Origin: a virus
Direction: 5' to 3' (one strand)
DNA length: 64,000 nucleotides
Virus record (IMG/VR): IMGVR_UViG_3300034111_001103
Location: 104,935-168,934 of that record
In this document: positions 28,801-38,200 of the stretch, one piece after another
Position numbering within the stretch: position 1 is the first letter of the stretch
Layout of the letters: each line of letters starts with the position of its first letter
Program-made: the position numbers and the translations under genes
Notes under the pieces: model-generated
The model's input: only the letters and a program-made list of their open reading frames with translations
The model's database searches: none
What the model was told of the DNA's origin: nothing

Positions 28801-29261
28801 TTAATATTAGTAGAAGTTCTTGTAAAAGGTTCATCATTCTCAAAATACTCTCTATTTTCTTGTATTTCTTGACTAAGAGTTTCTTTTGGTTTTGCTTCTT
28901 CTTTTTGTTTTGCTTCCTCTTTTACTTGTTTTTGAAGTTCGTATATTTCTTTAGAATCATCTGTTGCATTTATAAGATTTAATTGATTATTAGTAGGTTC
29001 TATTTTAACCATACCTCTACCAGTAGCATCAAATCCAAGATAAGCTACTTTTCCTATATCTTTATAACCATCATTAATAACAGTATTAATTGCATCAGCT
29101 ACTGTTTTAGCCACTCCTGTTGAGGTTTTTAAGTTTATTTTTTTAGAGGGACTATCTAAAATACTAATAAGACCAAAATTACCATCTTTTTTATAAAAAA
29201 ACCAAGGCTTATTATCTAATATTCCTTCAACTACTTTGTGTAATCCAATTGAACAACTCAT
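19830..29261 (-). CDS. giant virion cargo / polyvalent protein (zincin, two ART-like domains, PD-(D/E)XK nuclease, C-terminal hydrophobic segment)
   Basis: GYYD...HEVAH (26553-26567); VYHGT...YFFS...YIVFEPEQI; GTEIH...E......AGTID......ILDWKS...QLALY; follows the RNAP gene. Confidence 0.8.
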   Translation of the reverse strand: MSCSIGLHKVVEGILDNKPWFFYKKDGNFGLISILDSPSKKINLKTSTGVAKTVADAINTVINDGYKDIGKVAYLGFDATGRGMVKIEPTNNQLNLINATDDSKEIYELQKQVKEEAKQKEEAKPKETLSQEIQENREYFENDEPFTRTSTNIKISTTEEITNVIKNQLPKEIANAVTVVQDVPLDILGRQDLFLSMKDVLEEKGITNPFLINWFGINLSANTSRGQIIKSITSEAQIEKMANDSYNKLLKLEDPILKNKDIKKSFDKWVKALENYPVVFKDLMLKHAIKHLRNPERRSKFVLQLSAVALQQTYGIAVNKPHELNRIGKLYDSEVLKTVSDAVGHEPSASGKGYWVHIPRTSSSNYLGFSSYEDFKENREKQIAEWEEIKNNPWTVSVVMGPIIQRFKTENEAIVFSMDKKNVSVDKNPHNEDYKIEKFKKELEDVEPENWKNNSQFKVNVELLRKLSPSTWCTASGMASHYVENYDNYLLIVDGVTVAGIEAYPGVDNSEKIQDLENKIKDLENNESYTIVDRNRIKGQPSTFTTTIKPFMGVKYQLSANSREEILNKEENTIKRINEDLQTELKYLKIKIQNLLEESELRKVKEVTSRANNGTSSIDHYDDILAFFEKHNLDTNNDSLNRAKKAKEAGKVDADEKVFDIYGYDWDPADFYPDDDRDDIEGEYRREREENERLFEEDLERRSTAVENLNTVEEVLQNPDYLEFFELLKPELRNNEEIARIGVESSPYNITHIDENLPFYNELVTMAVTKTPDVFSYLPHNIKEERIDLKKIYEDNIIKRDKETEEKLLKKQAEQEATALERSVKYNQTILEKYKVENPTFTLAQILNKMDYDGFDLDELPFSKTNTNQIQGYYDAKADKVVVVASNTPIEEASKVGIHEVAHRGMIRMAKELGGVQELGKVLFSAEKQLMEKLPELLKRTGHTSLENLMLDYGFTNQSEEGKIKLLMELAARWAETLIDKPKPSWWKEFLTSIQTWITKFTGKILNEKEVNELIGGFVKYGTKSNNNNTTNNTNQQDSLFSQEEANIKLGVEELFESDSNLANEVYEALGFQSNKKINEQENELKKLILEIDKVALNKIYQAKKNDIIKIGDYTFIFDGEYFKSEDDAGEFYKTPEELGNAYFDIEYGSPKQKISLNVLLSNLKTDNFEILGEKIKADKKLLEVKDANTNNLINPFINSAIQQPLYVGDKRKSLVNNKHPYQEPQYQGIYLSQDKSTTHVATSSKILTVFANVKNVKTISYDEYSKNQLKLKEVYNQYDAIEILPPSFVTGGKSDFIVFNNTNLYEVNSIAQITPQQKQQALQQYSQYLDQIFPNSVVKNIVYHGTDKIFESFSKNIEKIPNREISNTANAYFFSNDLSRIKDYGKNKINAILNVKEFLGFKNISNDRARVLSDMTYEKAKGYTDRNIDSVIADYDLYKDYIVFEPEQIHILGSKQDIERFKDFVNKGSNQNNENNTDTSTDTEVRKILNTPIVIEQEVTSSKDNTTDDLVEIKESEVKKKLQEILKILGITIERDADLPKDTLAKVDMLQKLISFSKGELTEDNFTEEVIHLIINIIEQKDPTLYDKMISEIWKFGIYKEVLDNYKDDPEYQTKEGKPDIAKLKKEAVVKLLVAKLVDNTNINDTKNIFGALWDKVSDFITNLFSKIPAYQRDLFEEFANDIVTKDNLINKEDVDKLGDGVFYSKKMSKANIFSSTMAKTKKAFGVASVEDYHLIIPSLKDSKEIFDLLKKINEETSLVVAREINPETGKEEEVTYYVTGTGMKKRVSTVLNEIKTNIGNYKTIDETEITAFIKEEKMKKGTEIHSTIEEIIGRHIDKETGFLKVTPEDRPQNIAIPEKYYNILEKHLKERLISYPKDTRFMVETKIVNEVYGYAGTIDFLAILPTGQVDILDWKSMDLSYNIGGKSMKREDVHALTKQVHRQQLALYKQALLSVGVKNFRQTRTIPIIVENTTKKINKSKSFEDPKNLVIRLTSLEIGNVDPNKEAKSYLLPISTSNEEVFDDITGKPISFLNTLIEKLEAYKAHSLEQRAQSTTLDRDRLLDQIQRTDKTIQELRSKKTTNLLITVFEDELFNINELSKKTFSFLKDNKNLSDLIPEQQQELRLYFDKMYENHNFLSSFLKVFPTLGELETIHKDMSPELVKSINSVKAKITISEEKLTVAVTKTMNQVGTILGMDDNVSDIDVKSSTMINSYSLYSRPELSLQMFTRLQKMINYLKEQEVQSFDSKMEKLMVGLQSWVKTNKTNLEGVYSKVYDKVNRRLIYKYKKEYFQTLFDKKEEAIKKHRDIIKGVSIQLSSKERITQISKEYRAYITPFIKENYDIKKYVQLYEEAYKAYKEVVDNYIFDADPFENADIQAKKLEEWEYRHNIFTNPKALQTSGFNKNELLFQTINEDKWISDEYRELLKPENKEVFDFYNQLQDILTDAKDSGMIESLNNLPEVKNDSFKIFTYLKAGLFKNYILSKFYAFYDRFLTNTYSSQNISDPFTNKDKKKIRSKYNNTFFLKRKPLESPEAYQERYNKEKVLYDMSLSKDLFYIFSVFGHHVIEYKILKEYESRFQLLSIVENNKTKEINTDNSKGNITLPLDDSGMPYYDDNKKLGITEGDKGTLRDLNRHIDYYLYNDKLAPKGALINIVNWLYSLTTQVNLGFTYTAPLTNLVAGLTNSTLTNNTYYNSSDFQNSILPAIKDKNTAVNVKNFTKLNKMFNPFVEMSDQVYTTNKYKTTEKRYINVTKASLFLYSAGDHIIQSKIIASIYYGTTVDENNNIISVEDFINNKYPDRYNLPKEERIKLAKKIDKEIKEYKKTNSLYNLVSTNSLNLDAKNNILLTSIIEDTIAKTLGNYSEQDINTFMTKWWAKFVTQHKKWLGETIATRLEPFNVNKNTNLLEWGRMRLSLDLLFASYGKHIPFLVFHNMSSVLPEIVRKSVNKNNTITLEDIAKERYKVMQVEFFKKTSKNLKVTEAEFIRFYVRQYENSLKEAKSLLTLFLLAKFILPFIVGGDDDDNKEKDTYRTTLDIVIVVLTRSLREQSFVFNPEQLKIMLLQGPIPTIGTAWNLIDSYIYAPLKETYFTLTGDDEALKTNRVIDKQLNATPAKGINKIVKQISPSYRKLLDARRPKIQ

Positions 29262-29278
29262 TTATATTATATTATTTT

Positions 29279-32200
29279 TTATTGTAAACATTTAGCATCT
29301 TTTTGAGATAAATTTGTATTTAAGCCTAACTCTTCAGAAGTTATATTACTTTCTTGTGATTGAGTAGGTTGGTTTTGAGTAAAAGGTAATTTTTGTTGAT
29401 TATTTAGTTTATCTAACATATTTTGTAAAGATACTAAAAAATCTTGAGATTTAAAAGAATATCTTGATTTTAATTCAGAATCCCAATATATTGGCATAGT
29501 ATCCTTCATATTTCTTAGAAGGTTTTCATTCATATTAGGTCTTAATGTTTGAACACTTTCATTGTTTATGTAAGAAGGTTTGTAATCTGTATTTGAGTTG
29601 TAATATTCAGATGTTTCTCTGTTTCCATATTTTCTTACAGGAAAATAAGTAACTAGGAAACCTTTGTTATCTTTAGTTGCTACTAAAGGAACATCTTTTT
29701 CTTGAGTTATTGGATTAGGAACTTCTAATCTTTTATATAATACAATTTCATTAAAAGAAAAATCTTTTCTTTTAACCATAGCATCTTTTTCAACTTTAGT
29801 GTAATACTTACCAGTTTTAGGATTTATAGCTTGTTTCTTTACTTTAATGTAAGGTTTTTGTGTTATTTCTTTAGATGAAGCTATTTGTATGATATTTACT
29901 GTTGCTTCTAAATCACCTTTTGTAACTTTTTGTTGTCTATAGATATTTTTAGTTCTATTTTCATAAACAGGAGCTTGATATATAGGAACTAATTTGTTAT
30001 CATACCATTTACTTTGATAATAATTATTAACAAAGTCTTCTATATATTGTTGTTGTAGTTCTGGAGATAGTTTTTCTCTAAATTGAGTTAACACCTGAGC
30101 CATTATATTTTCTATAGCATCTGCTGGAATTAATGTATTGTAAGAATTAGGAGTATTTGTTACACCATTTTGTGCTATAACCCCTATTATTATACTTTTA
30201 GCTAAGTTTTCTGTAGTTGCTTTTTTAGAAAGATTGTAAAGATCAGCAGTCATTTGATTAGACTCATTACTATCTTCAGGTTTTCTTAAAAGTCTTGATT
30301 GGAAATGTTTGTCATCTTTGTTTAGATAAACAGGATTTACACCAATAATATTAGAAAGAAACATAGAACTACCTTTATAGGTTTCTTGAGCTTGTCTTAT
30401 AGTATTAGCTATGTTTGTGTCTTTATTTAAGAAAAGAGTAGGATAATAACTTGATATTGTTTGATCTACAAGGGGACCATAAGTTATTGGTAATGTATGT
30501 AATAGATAAGTAACAAGATCTTTTCTTATATTTTTTAGTTCTTTTTCTATATCATCAATACTTTTTTTAGACTGTAATACACTATTCATTAATTTGTTTA
30601 GAAAAGGTCTTATTACAGGATTTTCAGATAAATACAATTCAGAAAAAGATTTAAGAATAGTATTTTTAATTTCATATAAATTACCTATATGGGTAGTTTT
30701 ATATAATTCAAACATTGTTTTACCTAAAGAAGATTCTAATGCATCTTTTAGTTTACTAAGTTTTACTCTAGTGGAATCAAAAGATCTATCTAAAGTAGTA
30801 TCTACATTTACACCTTGTGAGAGAGTTAAAATATCTTGAGCTACTTGTTCTAATTGTCTAAATTGTACTAGTAGTGTAGCTTGATTTATTGCAAAATCAG
30901 GATTTTTATCACTAAGAATAAATTCTTCTAATTCTTGATCTGTGTAGTTTTCTCTATCTAATGTTATCATTCTACCTTCTTTATCTGTAGGTAGTTTATA
31001 TTTGACTATTAATTGCTCTTGTATTTCTTTTTTACTTTTAGGGTTTCTTTTGTTAAGTCTAACAAGTGCTCCTTGATTTTGTATTAAAAGGTTAACATAA
31101 TCTATTATAATAGGTTGATTAAAGAATCTTACTAAAGTAGAAAGAGGAATACCTAGTCTTACTCCAGCTATATAAGTACCAGCAGTAGTTAAGTTACCAT
31201 TAGCATCAAAGATATAAGGTTTGTTAGCTATATCTACAAAAGCATCTAGAAACATAGATATTAAGTCACTTATTCTTTCACCTTTAGAATTTAATTCTTG
31301 TGATAAAGAATAAATAGTGTTAGCATCATTTACAGGAACATTAGTATTGAAAAGAAAAGGAAATTCTACAGGTATATTAGAAACAATAGTTTGAGATATA
31401 GCATTTAATGTTTGATTAGAAGCAGCAATACCAACACCCTCTTTCCCTACTAAGAAAGAATATCTTTTTACTATATTATGTAATCTAGATAATATACTTG
31501 TATGATAAGCTTTTTTCTTTTGGTTTCTTTCTTTCAGTTCTTTGATTTTATTAGCTTCATTCTCAAGAGGATCTGCACTGTTGGGTTTAACTAATTGTTT
31601 AAAGTTTTCTTCTAATTGTACTATTTCTCTTAGATTATCTATATAATAATTATCTAAAGCTTTTTTAGAGTTTTGTTCATAAATAGATAATTTTTTAAAT
31701 TCTTCAAAAGTTGGTATAGATTTTTTTTCTTCTTCAGAATTTTGTTTAGCAATTTCTAGATTTTCATCATAAGATTTTGTTAAATCTATTCTTGAATCTG
31801 AAAGATCTTCTCCAAATATATCAGAAATAAGTTTAGTCGAATCTGTATCTAAGGAAGCTTTAAAATAATTATAACCTTCTTTACTATTTAAAAACTCATA
31901 AAAGGTTTGAGCTTTTTGTAATTTTTTATATCTTTCTTCTACAGTACTATTAGTATTGTTTAAGAAATTGATTTTTTCTAACTTTCCTGTTTGTTTGTTG
32001 AATTTATGATTATAAAGATAAAGATTAAGTTTATCAATATCAAAATCCGAACCTGCTTTACCTACTATTTCTGAAGGAACCATTATAGCATCTCCATAAG
32101 AAGGGTCTAAAAACCCTACTATTTCAAAATGTTCTACAGAATTGAGAGCTTGAGTAGGAATCCTAAAACCTATACCTTTTAAAAGTTCTTTATCTATTTT

Positions 32201-35200
32201 AGAAAAGTCAAAATTTTCTAATCCTAATAATTCTTTATATCTCCAAGGTAGTTTTACTTGACAAATTCTTTTACCATCTTCATTTTTGTAGAATTTAAGT
32301 TCTCCAGAATATAATTTTTTAGTTTTAGAGTCTTTCTTTCTAGGGTTTCTTTCAAAAAGAGTAGAAGCTATTTGAGGAAATTGTCCTCCAAATATCTTAG
32401 GAGTAAGAATAGCTTTATTTATAATAGAGTTTATGATATTTTCTACTGTATCTGTTCCAGATATAATAGTATCAAAGGGTAATATAAATTGTCCTTGATC
32501 ATTAGTTCTTATAAGAGATTTAACATTTAAAGGTTTATCTCTGTTGACTAATTCTTGTTGAATTTTTTCTTCAAACTTTTTATAATTGTTAAAAGTTAAT
32601 ACTTTTCTATTTGTATTAGGATCTATAGTTACTTCTCCCCCAAAGTCTTTGTAGAATTGATTTATAGCTTTAGTTTCCATAGCAGCAAGAATCTCAAAAT
32701 TCTTTCTAACTAGATTATAATGATTAGAAGCAGTTCTTTTTTCTTCTTCTGAAAGAGAATCCCATTCAGTTTTTAAATCTTCTTCTGATAGATGTGAGTT
32801 TGTTTTCCTAAAATCTTTAGGAACTCCATTAGACATTAAGTTTAATATACCTAATTTTGTTAACTGAGTACCTAGAGTAGTAGACATTTTTTGTGTTATA
32901 GTTTCTACTTGAATACCAAACCATTCCCAACTTAATACTTTATGTTTAATATTTAAATTAGGTGTACCATTAGGTTTATATAACTCTTCAGTATCTTTAG
33001 TTTGACCTACTTTGTTAGCAGATTCAAAAGTTATATAAGTTGTTTGATTTGTATAATGTTTTATGTAGAAATCTTTAGCATTAGAGAATTTTACTTCTCC
33101 TGTTGCTTCATCTATATATCTTATATGACTCCATATTAAAGGAGCTACTGAATATTTATGTTGTTCAAAAGTACCATCAGATTTTAAACCATTATAAGCA
33201 GGTTTTAATATATTCATATTTGGAAGAGGTAAAGGGTTTAATCCTTGTTCTTCTCTTACTTTATTTATAGCTTGTATTGTAAAGAAAGGATTACCTTTAG
33301 CTATTATTTTTTTATCTAAAGCTCTCAGGGCATCAGCTCTTTTTTTGTCTTTTTTAGCTTTAGGGTATAAATCCATATCACTTCTACATAAAGCATCATC
33401 ATATTGTTTGAAGGCTTCATCTACTTCAGTCCAAGAGTTAGCTCTTCTTTTTATTTGAGAATATCCCCCTAAAAAAGCTAGTGCTTGGGCATCAGGTTCT
33501 TTAAGTTCTGAGTAAGGTTTAGCTTCTTCTTCTCCTAAAATTTCTTTTAATGCTTCATATTCTTCAGACACTACTACAGGATCTATATATACTTGTACAT
33601 TAAATTCCTCTTGATGATTAACATATCCTAAATCTCCAGGAAATAATTCTACAGATTCTGTAGATTCTTGTCCTATGGTATCTTCTTCTATAAAAGCTAC
33701 ATTACTATTTTTATTATGATAATCATTAAAATATTGTGCAGAATATACTACTTTTTGAGAACCTGAAGTAGTTTGTTTTATTCTCTTAAAAGGATCTTTC
33801 CATTCATTCGGGTTTAAAAAGAATAAGTTAAATTGTTCAAATATATTTATCATATATTTAACTTCTTCTTCATAAACAATACTAGCTATTTGCTCTTTAG
33901 AAATATTTTTAAATTTATTAAAAGTACCTTCTACAGTTTTTTCTTCTTTTCCTTCTGGAGTAAGTAATATTCTGTATTCATCTTTTTTACCTTCTATAGG
34001 AACTATAAGATTATTTATCCATAGTCTATTTTCTGTTTCTTTAGCTCTTTCTTTGAAGAAAGTTAAAAGGTCTTTTTCTATATCTTCTTTATTTTTTAAA
34101 AGAATAGTTTCTATACCTTCTGAAAGATCTATATTAGATAAAGTCTTTTCTGAAAGTATTTCTTTAAAGAGACCTAATTGGTTTGTGTTTTGTTTTAAAT
34201 TAGACTCTCTTTGAGCTTTTGCTACTTCAGCTTTAAAGTAATTAATAAATATAGGTAAGTAATAAATTTTATCACTAGCAGAACTTAAAACACTTTTAGG
34301 ATAAGTAATTACCCATTCATTCTTAGTATCTGCTGGTACTATAATAGAATATATATTATTTATACCATTAGCAAAATCTAGAGCTAATCTTCCTGATAAA
34401 GATAATTTATTTGAAGCATCAGTATTATCAGATTGTCTCTCTTCTATACCTTCAGTTACACCTACAGTTATATTACCTTTTTTTGTACCTGAAGGACTAA
34501 ATAATTCAGAATGCAACATAGTTTGAGCATAATGAGGTAGTCTATCTATTAATTCTCCTTTAGTAGATATTGAATTAAATATCTTATTAATACTTGTAAT
34601 ATATGAAGGTAAAGTTATATTTTGAACCATTTCCCCCTCTATATTTTTATGTTGAGTAGTTTCATATATAGGGTTGTATTTATTATAAAGCTGAGCTAAT
34701 TTATCAAACTTACCTTTAAATTCTCTAGAATCTGTTATTATATTATCAATATTGCCTTCTTTTTCACTTAAAGTATAATTTACTATACTACTTAGTAATT
34801 TTAAAATTTCATCTTCTTCTGTAGAAGTGTATTTTGTATACTTTAATCTTATATCTATACCTAATTCATCTTTTGCAAATTGTGCATATTGATCTAATGT
34901 TTTAAGTGTAGGTATTGGTTTTCCTAAATTAAATACATAATGTCCTTGACTAACAGATACTTTTTTATTAGATTTTAGTTTTTCATACCACTCATTTTTA
35001 AGTTTGTTAATACCATCTTTTTCATTTATAACAAAATTAACAGAAGAACCATCTTCATTAACTATTAGTTTGTAGTAAGTATTTTTAAAATTACTAAAGG
35101 CTATAAAGAAATCATTTCTTAATTCTACAGTAGCTTTATCTACTACTTCTTCATCTAGTTTTAATTTATTTATTAATGGTAAAAATTTAGCATCAACTTT

Positions 35201-38200
35201 AGTAAGATCATACAACATATCCATCATTTCAGTATAATTTGTAGCAGGAGCTAAAGCATACATAAGTTGAACAAATGTTTTATTATAATCTACTAAAGTA
35301 GGTAGGAAAAGAGAATTAGGTCTAGTTATAACTCTTCTAGTAACAGGGGAATAATATTGATCTTTTAGTGTAGCTACTAAAAGTTTTATTTTTAGATTTG
35401 CATTAAGTTTTCTATTAATAGTTAATGTATTTACAAATTGATCATTCTTATCTTTGTTTTCTTTATTTGGGTTATTTTCTTCTAATTCCTCATCTTCAAA
35501 TTCTATTTTATATTTACCTAAGTATTTCTTATTAGCTTTAACAAAATAATCCCAATTATCTAGAATATAAAGCATAGAAGTTTGAACATCATGAAATTTT
35601 TCATTAGTTTCTTCTAAGGTTGCATTATGTACAGCAGTATAATATTTACCAGGTTCTTTAAAGAAATTTCTTCTTTCTTCAGGACTAGACATAATATGTT
35701 CAAAAAAAGCACGAACTTCATCATAATAATTGTCTATATTAATGTCAGACTTTAACAAATTTCCTAAAGAATCTCCTTTATCTGTTATAAATTGAAACAA
35801 TAAAGCAGTAATAGATTTCATTGAATCATTATAAAACAAAGGGTTTGTTAGTTCTATATCAGCAAGTTTATTTTCTTTTGTAAGAGAATTAAGATTATAT
35901 TTTAATCTTAGCTTTCTATATTTCCCAGAAGATAGGTTTTTAAAAGTACTTTCTATATTACCTAAAAATAAATCAAGTATTATGTTATATAATTGTTTAA
36001 ACCAAGAATTTTTATAATATTCTCCATCCCACTTTAACTTACCTTTAGATAAATGGTATCTCATATATTCATCAGCAAGTTCTTCTTTAATTTGAAAATC
36101 AGTAGCTTCTGAATATTTAACAGATTTTTTAGTTTGATAATCTATAAAAGAACCTTTTCTATTTCTAAATTCTTCTCTTAATCTTTCAATTCTTTTAGGA
36201 GATAAAAAGTGTTTTTGTAAAGCTTCATAAGCTTCATGTTGAATAGTACCTCTTTTAGCTAAAGTAGAAAGTAAAATAGCTTTATCTTTTAATTGTCCCC
36301 AAGCAACATTATCTATTAAACCTTCTACAGATTGTAAAGGTATTTGAGGTAAAACATTATCTAAATATTCTTCAGCTTTCTCTATATCTTCTACTTCATA
36401 ATCAGTTTCTTCAGAATCAACTAATTTAAAATCTTTTATATTTTCTGAAGTTGTAGATATATCACTTTCATTAAAACCTATATTATTAGAGTTTGTTTCT
36501 TCTACTTTTTCTTCAGAAACTACAGGTTCTTTTTCTACTATAGGTTCTATTTTCTTAAAACTATAACTTTCTTTTGCAAAAACACCTAATTCAATAATAT
36601 TTGATTTTATTAACTCTTTAATTACTTCATTAGATAATTTAGAATTAAATGTTTTATCAATAGTTACAGTTTTTTCTTCCCCAACAGTTTTAATAGTATA
36701 ATTTACTATTAAGTCTTTATTTGTAAGTTGATAAGAACCATCTTCACTTGAAAAAGGTATATCTTCATTAGCAGATTCAAAAGATTCTGTATCAACATAA
36801 GCATATTTAGTATCATCTTTAAATACCATCATTCTTCCAAACTTATTAGGGGTAGTTTCAGAAGAAGGATTTAGTTTTATTTTTAAAGGTATTTCATCAT
36901 TACTTCTTTTATTACCATTAGGAAGGATATCAGAAATAAGATAATCTTGATAAGTAGCCCATTTTCTTTCTAATAACTTTCCTTTTTCTAGATAATATTC
37001 TATAAACTCATTCATCATACCATTAGAGTCTATATTATGAAATATCATTCTATTATTTAACTCATTTTTTATTTTTGGTAAACCTTTAGTGTTAAGGGGT
37101 AATAAAGATGTTTTTGGTATCTGAATACTAAATGATGGTGAAGTTTTAAAAAATATTTGATTGTTACCTAAAGGAGTTTCTTGTTTTACAGTTTCACCAT
37201 TTTTATCAGTATATTCAGGATTTCTGATATATAGAATTTTAGATAAAAAGTCAAATAATTTTTTATTTTCTTTTGAAGTTTCTATCTTTTCTTCTTTATC
37301 TTGAGATAATGATAGTTTTTTGTTTTCTCCTATTTTTGTAAGAACAGCCATCACAACATCTATGTCTTCTGGAGATATTCTTCTATTTTCTAGAAATTCT
37401 AAATGTGTACCTACTTTTACAAAAGGTCTTCCTTTAGGGAAACTTTTTTCTTGTTTGTTATGTACTATTACAAAATTACCTTCTTTATTTTTTTCAGGAA
37501 ATATAACTATTTGAGTATTAGGTTCTTTAATATCTAAACTTTGAGTAATAGGAAAAGATTTTTTAGCATCTTCTACAGGTCTTCCTCTAGTAACATAAAG
37601 AATAGGAAAAGTGATATTTTTTTTCTTACCTTTTTTTATAGTTTCAATAATATTATTTCTTCTTGCAATATGTTCATTTTGAAAATTTTCTGGAGTTTTT
37701 TCTGTACTATTAGAATTTTCATGATAGTTTTCCTCACCATTATTCCAAGTAAGTTTAGGTAATCTCATAGAAGTATAAATAACTGTATCAGGGTTTATAT
37801 CTTTAAGATATTTACCATCTACACCTATAAATTTTATTTGACCATTTCCTAATTTTTTTACTACTACTAGTTTAATATCTTTACTTTCTTTTGAAGGAAA
37901 TATTATACCACTTAAACCATAATTTGAAGCATTATCTTCAGTTAGTGCTAAAAGTTCATATTGTCTAATATCTTCTACATTATTTAAAAATGTTTGTAGT
38001 CTAGTAACTTGAGGGTTATCTTTTAAACTTTCTTTTCCAGTTTGTCCAATAGTATGTCCACTTGTTGTAGTAATAAATAATTGTTCTATACCTAATTTAT
38101 CATCCTCAGATTCAATTCTTTTAATATCTTTTGTAGGATCATCTGTTTCTTCAGAAGATTCTGTAATTTCTATTATAGGGGTTTCTTGAGTAGTAGATGT

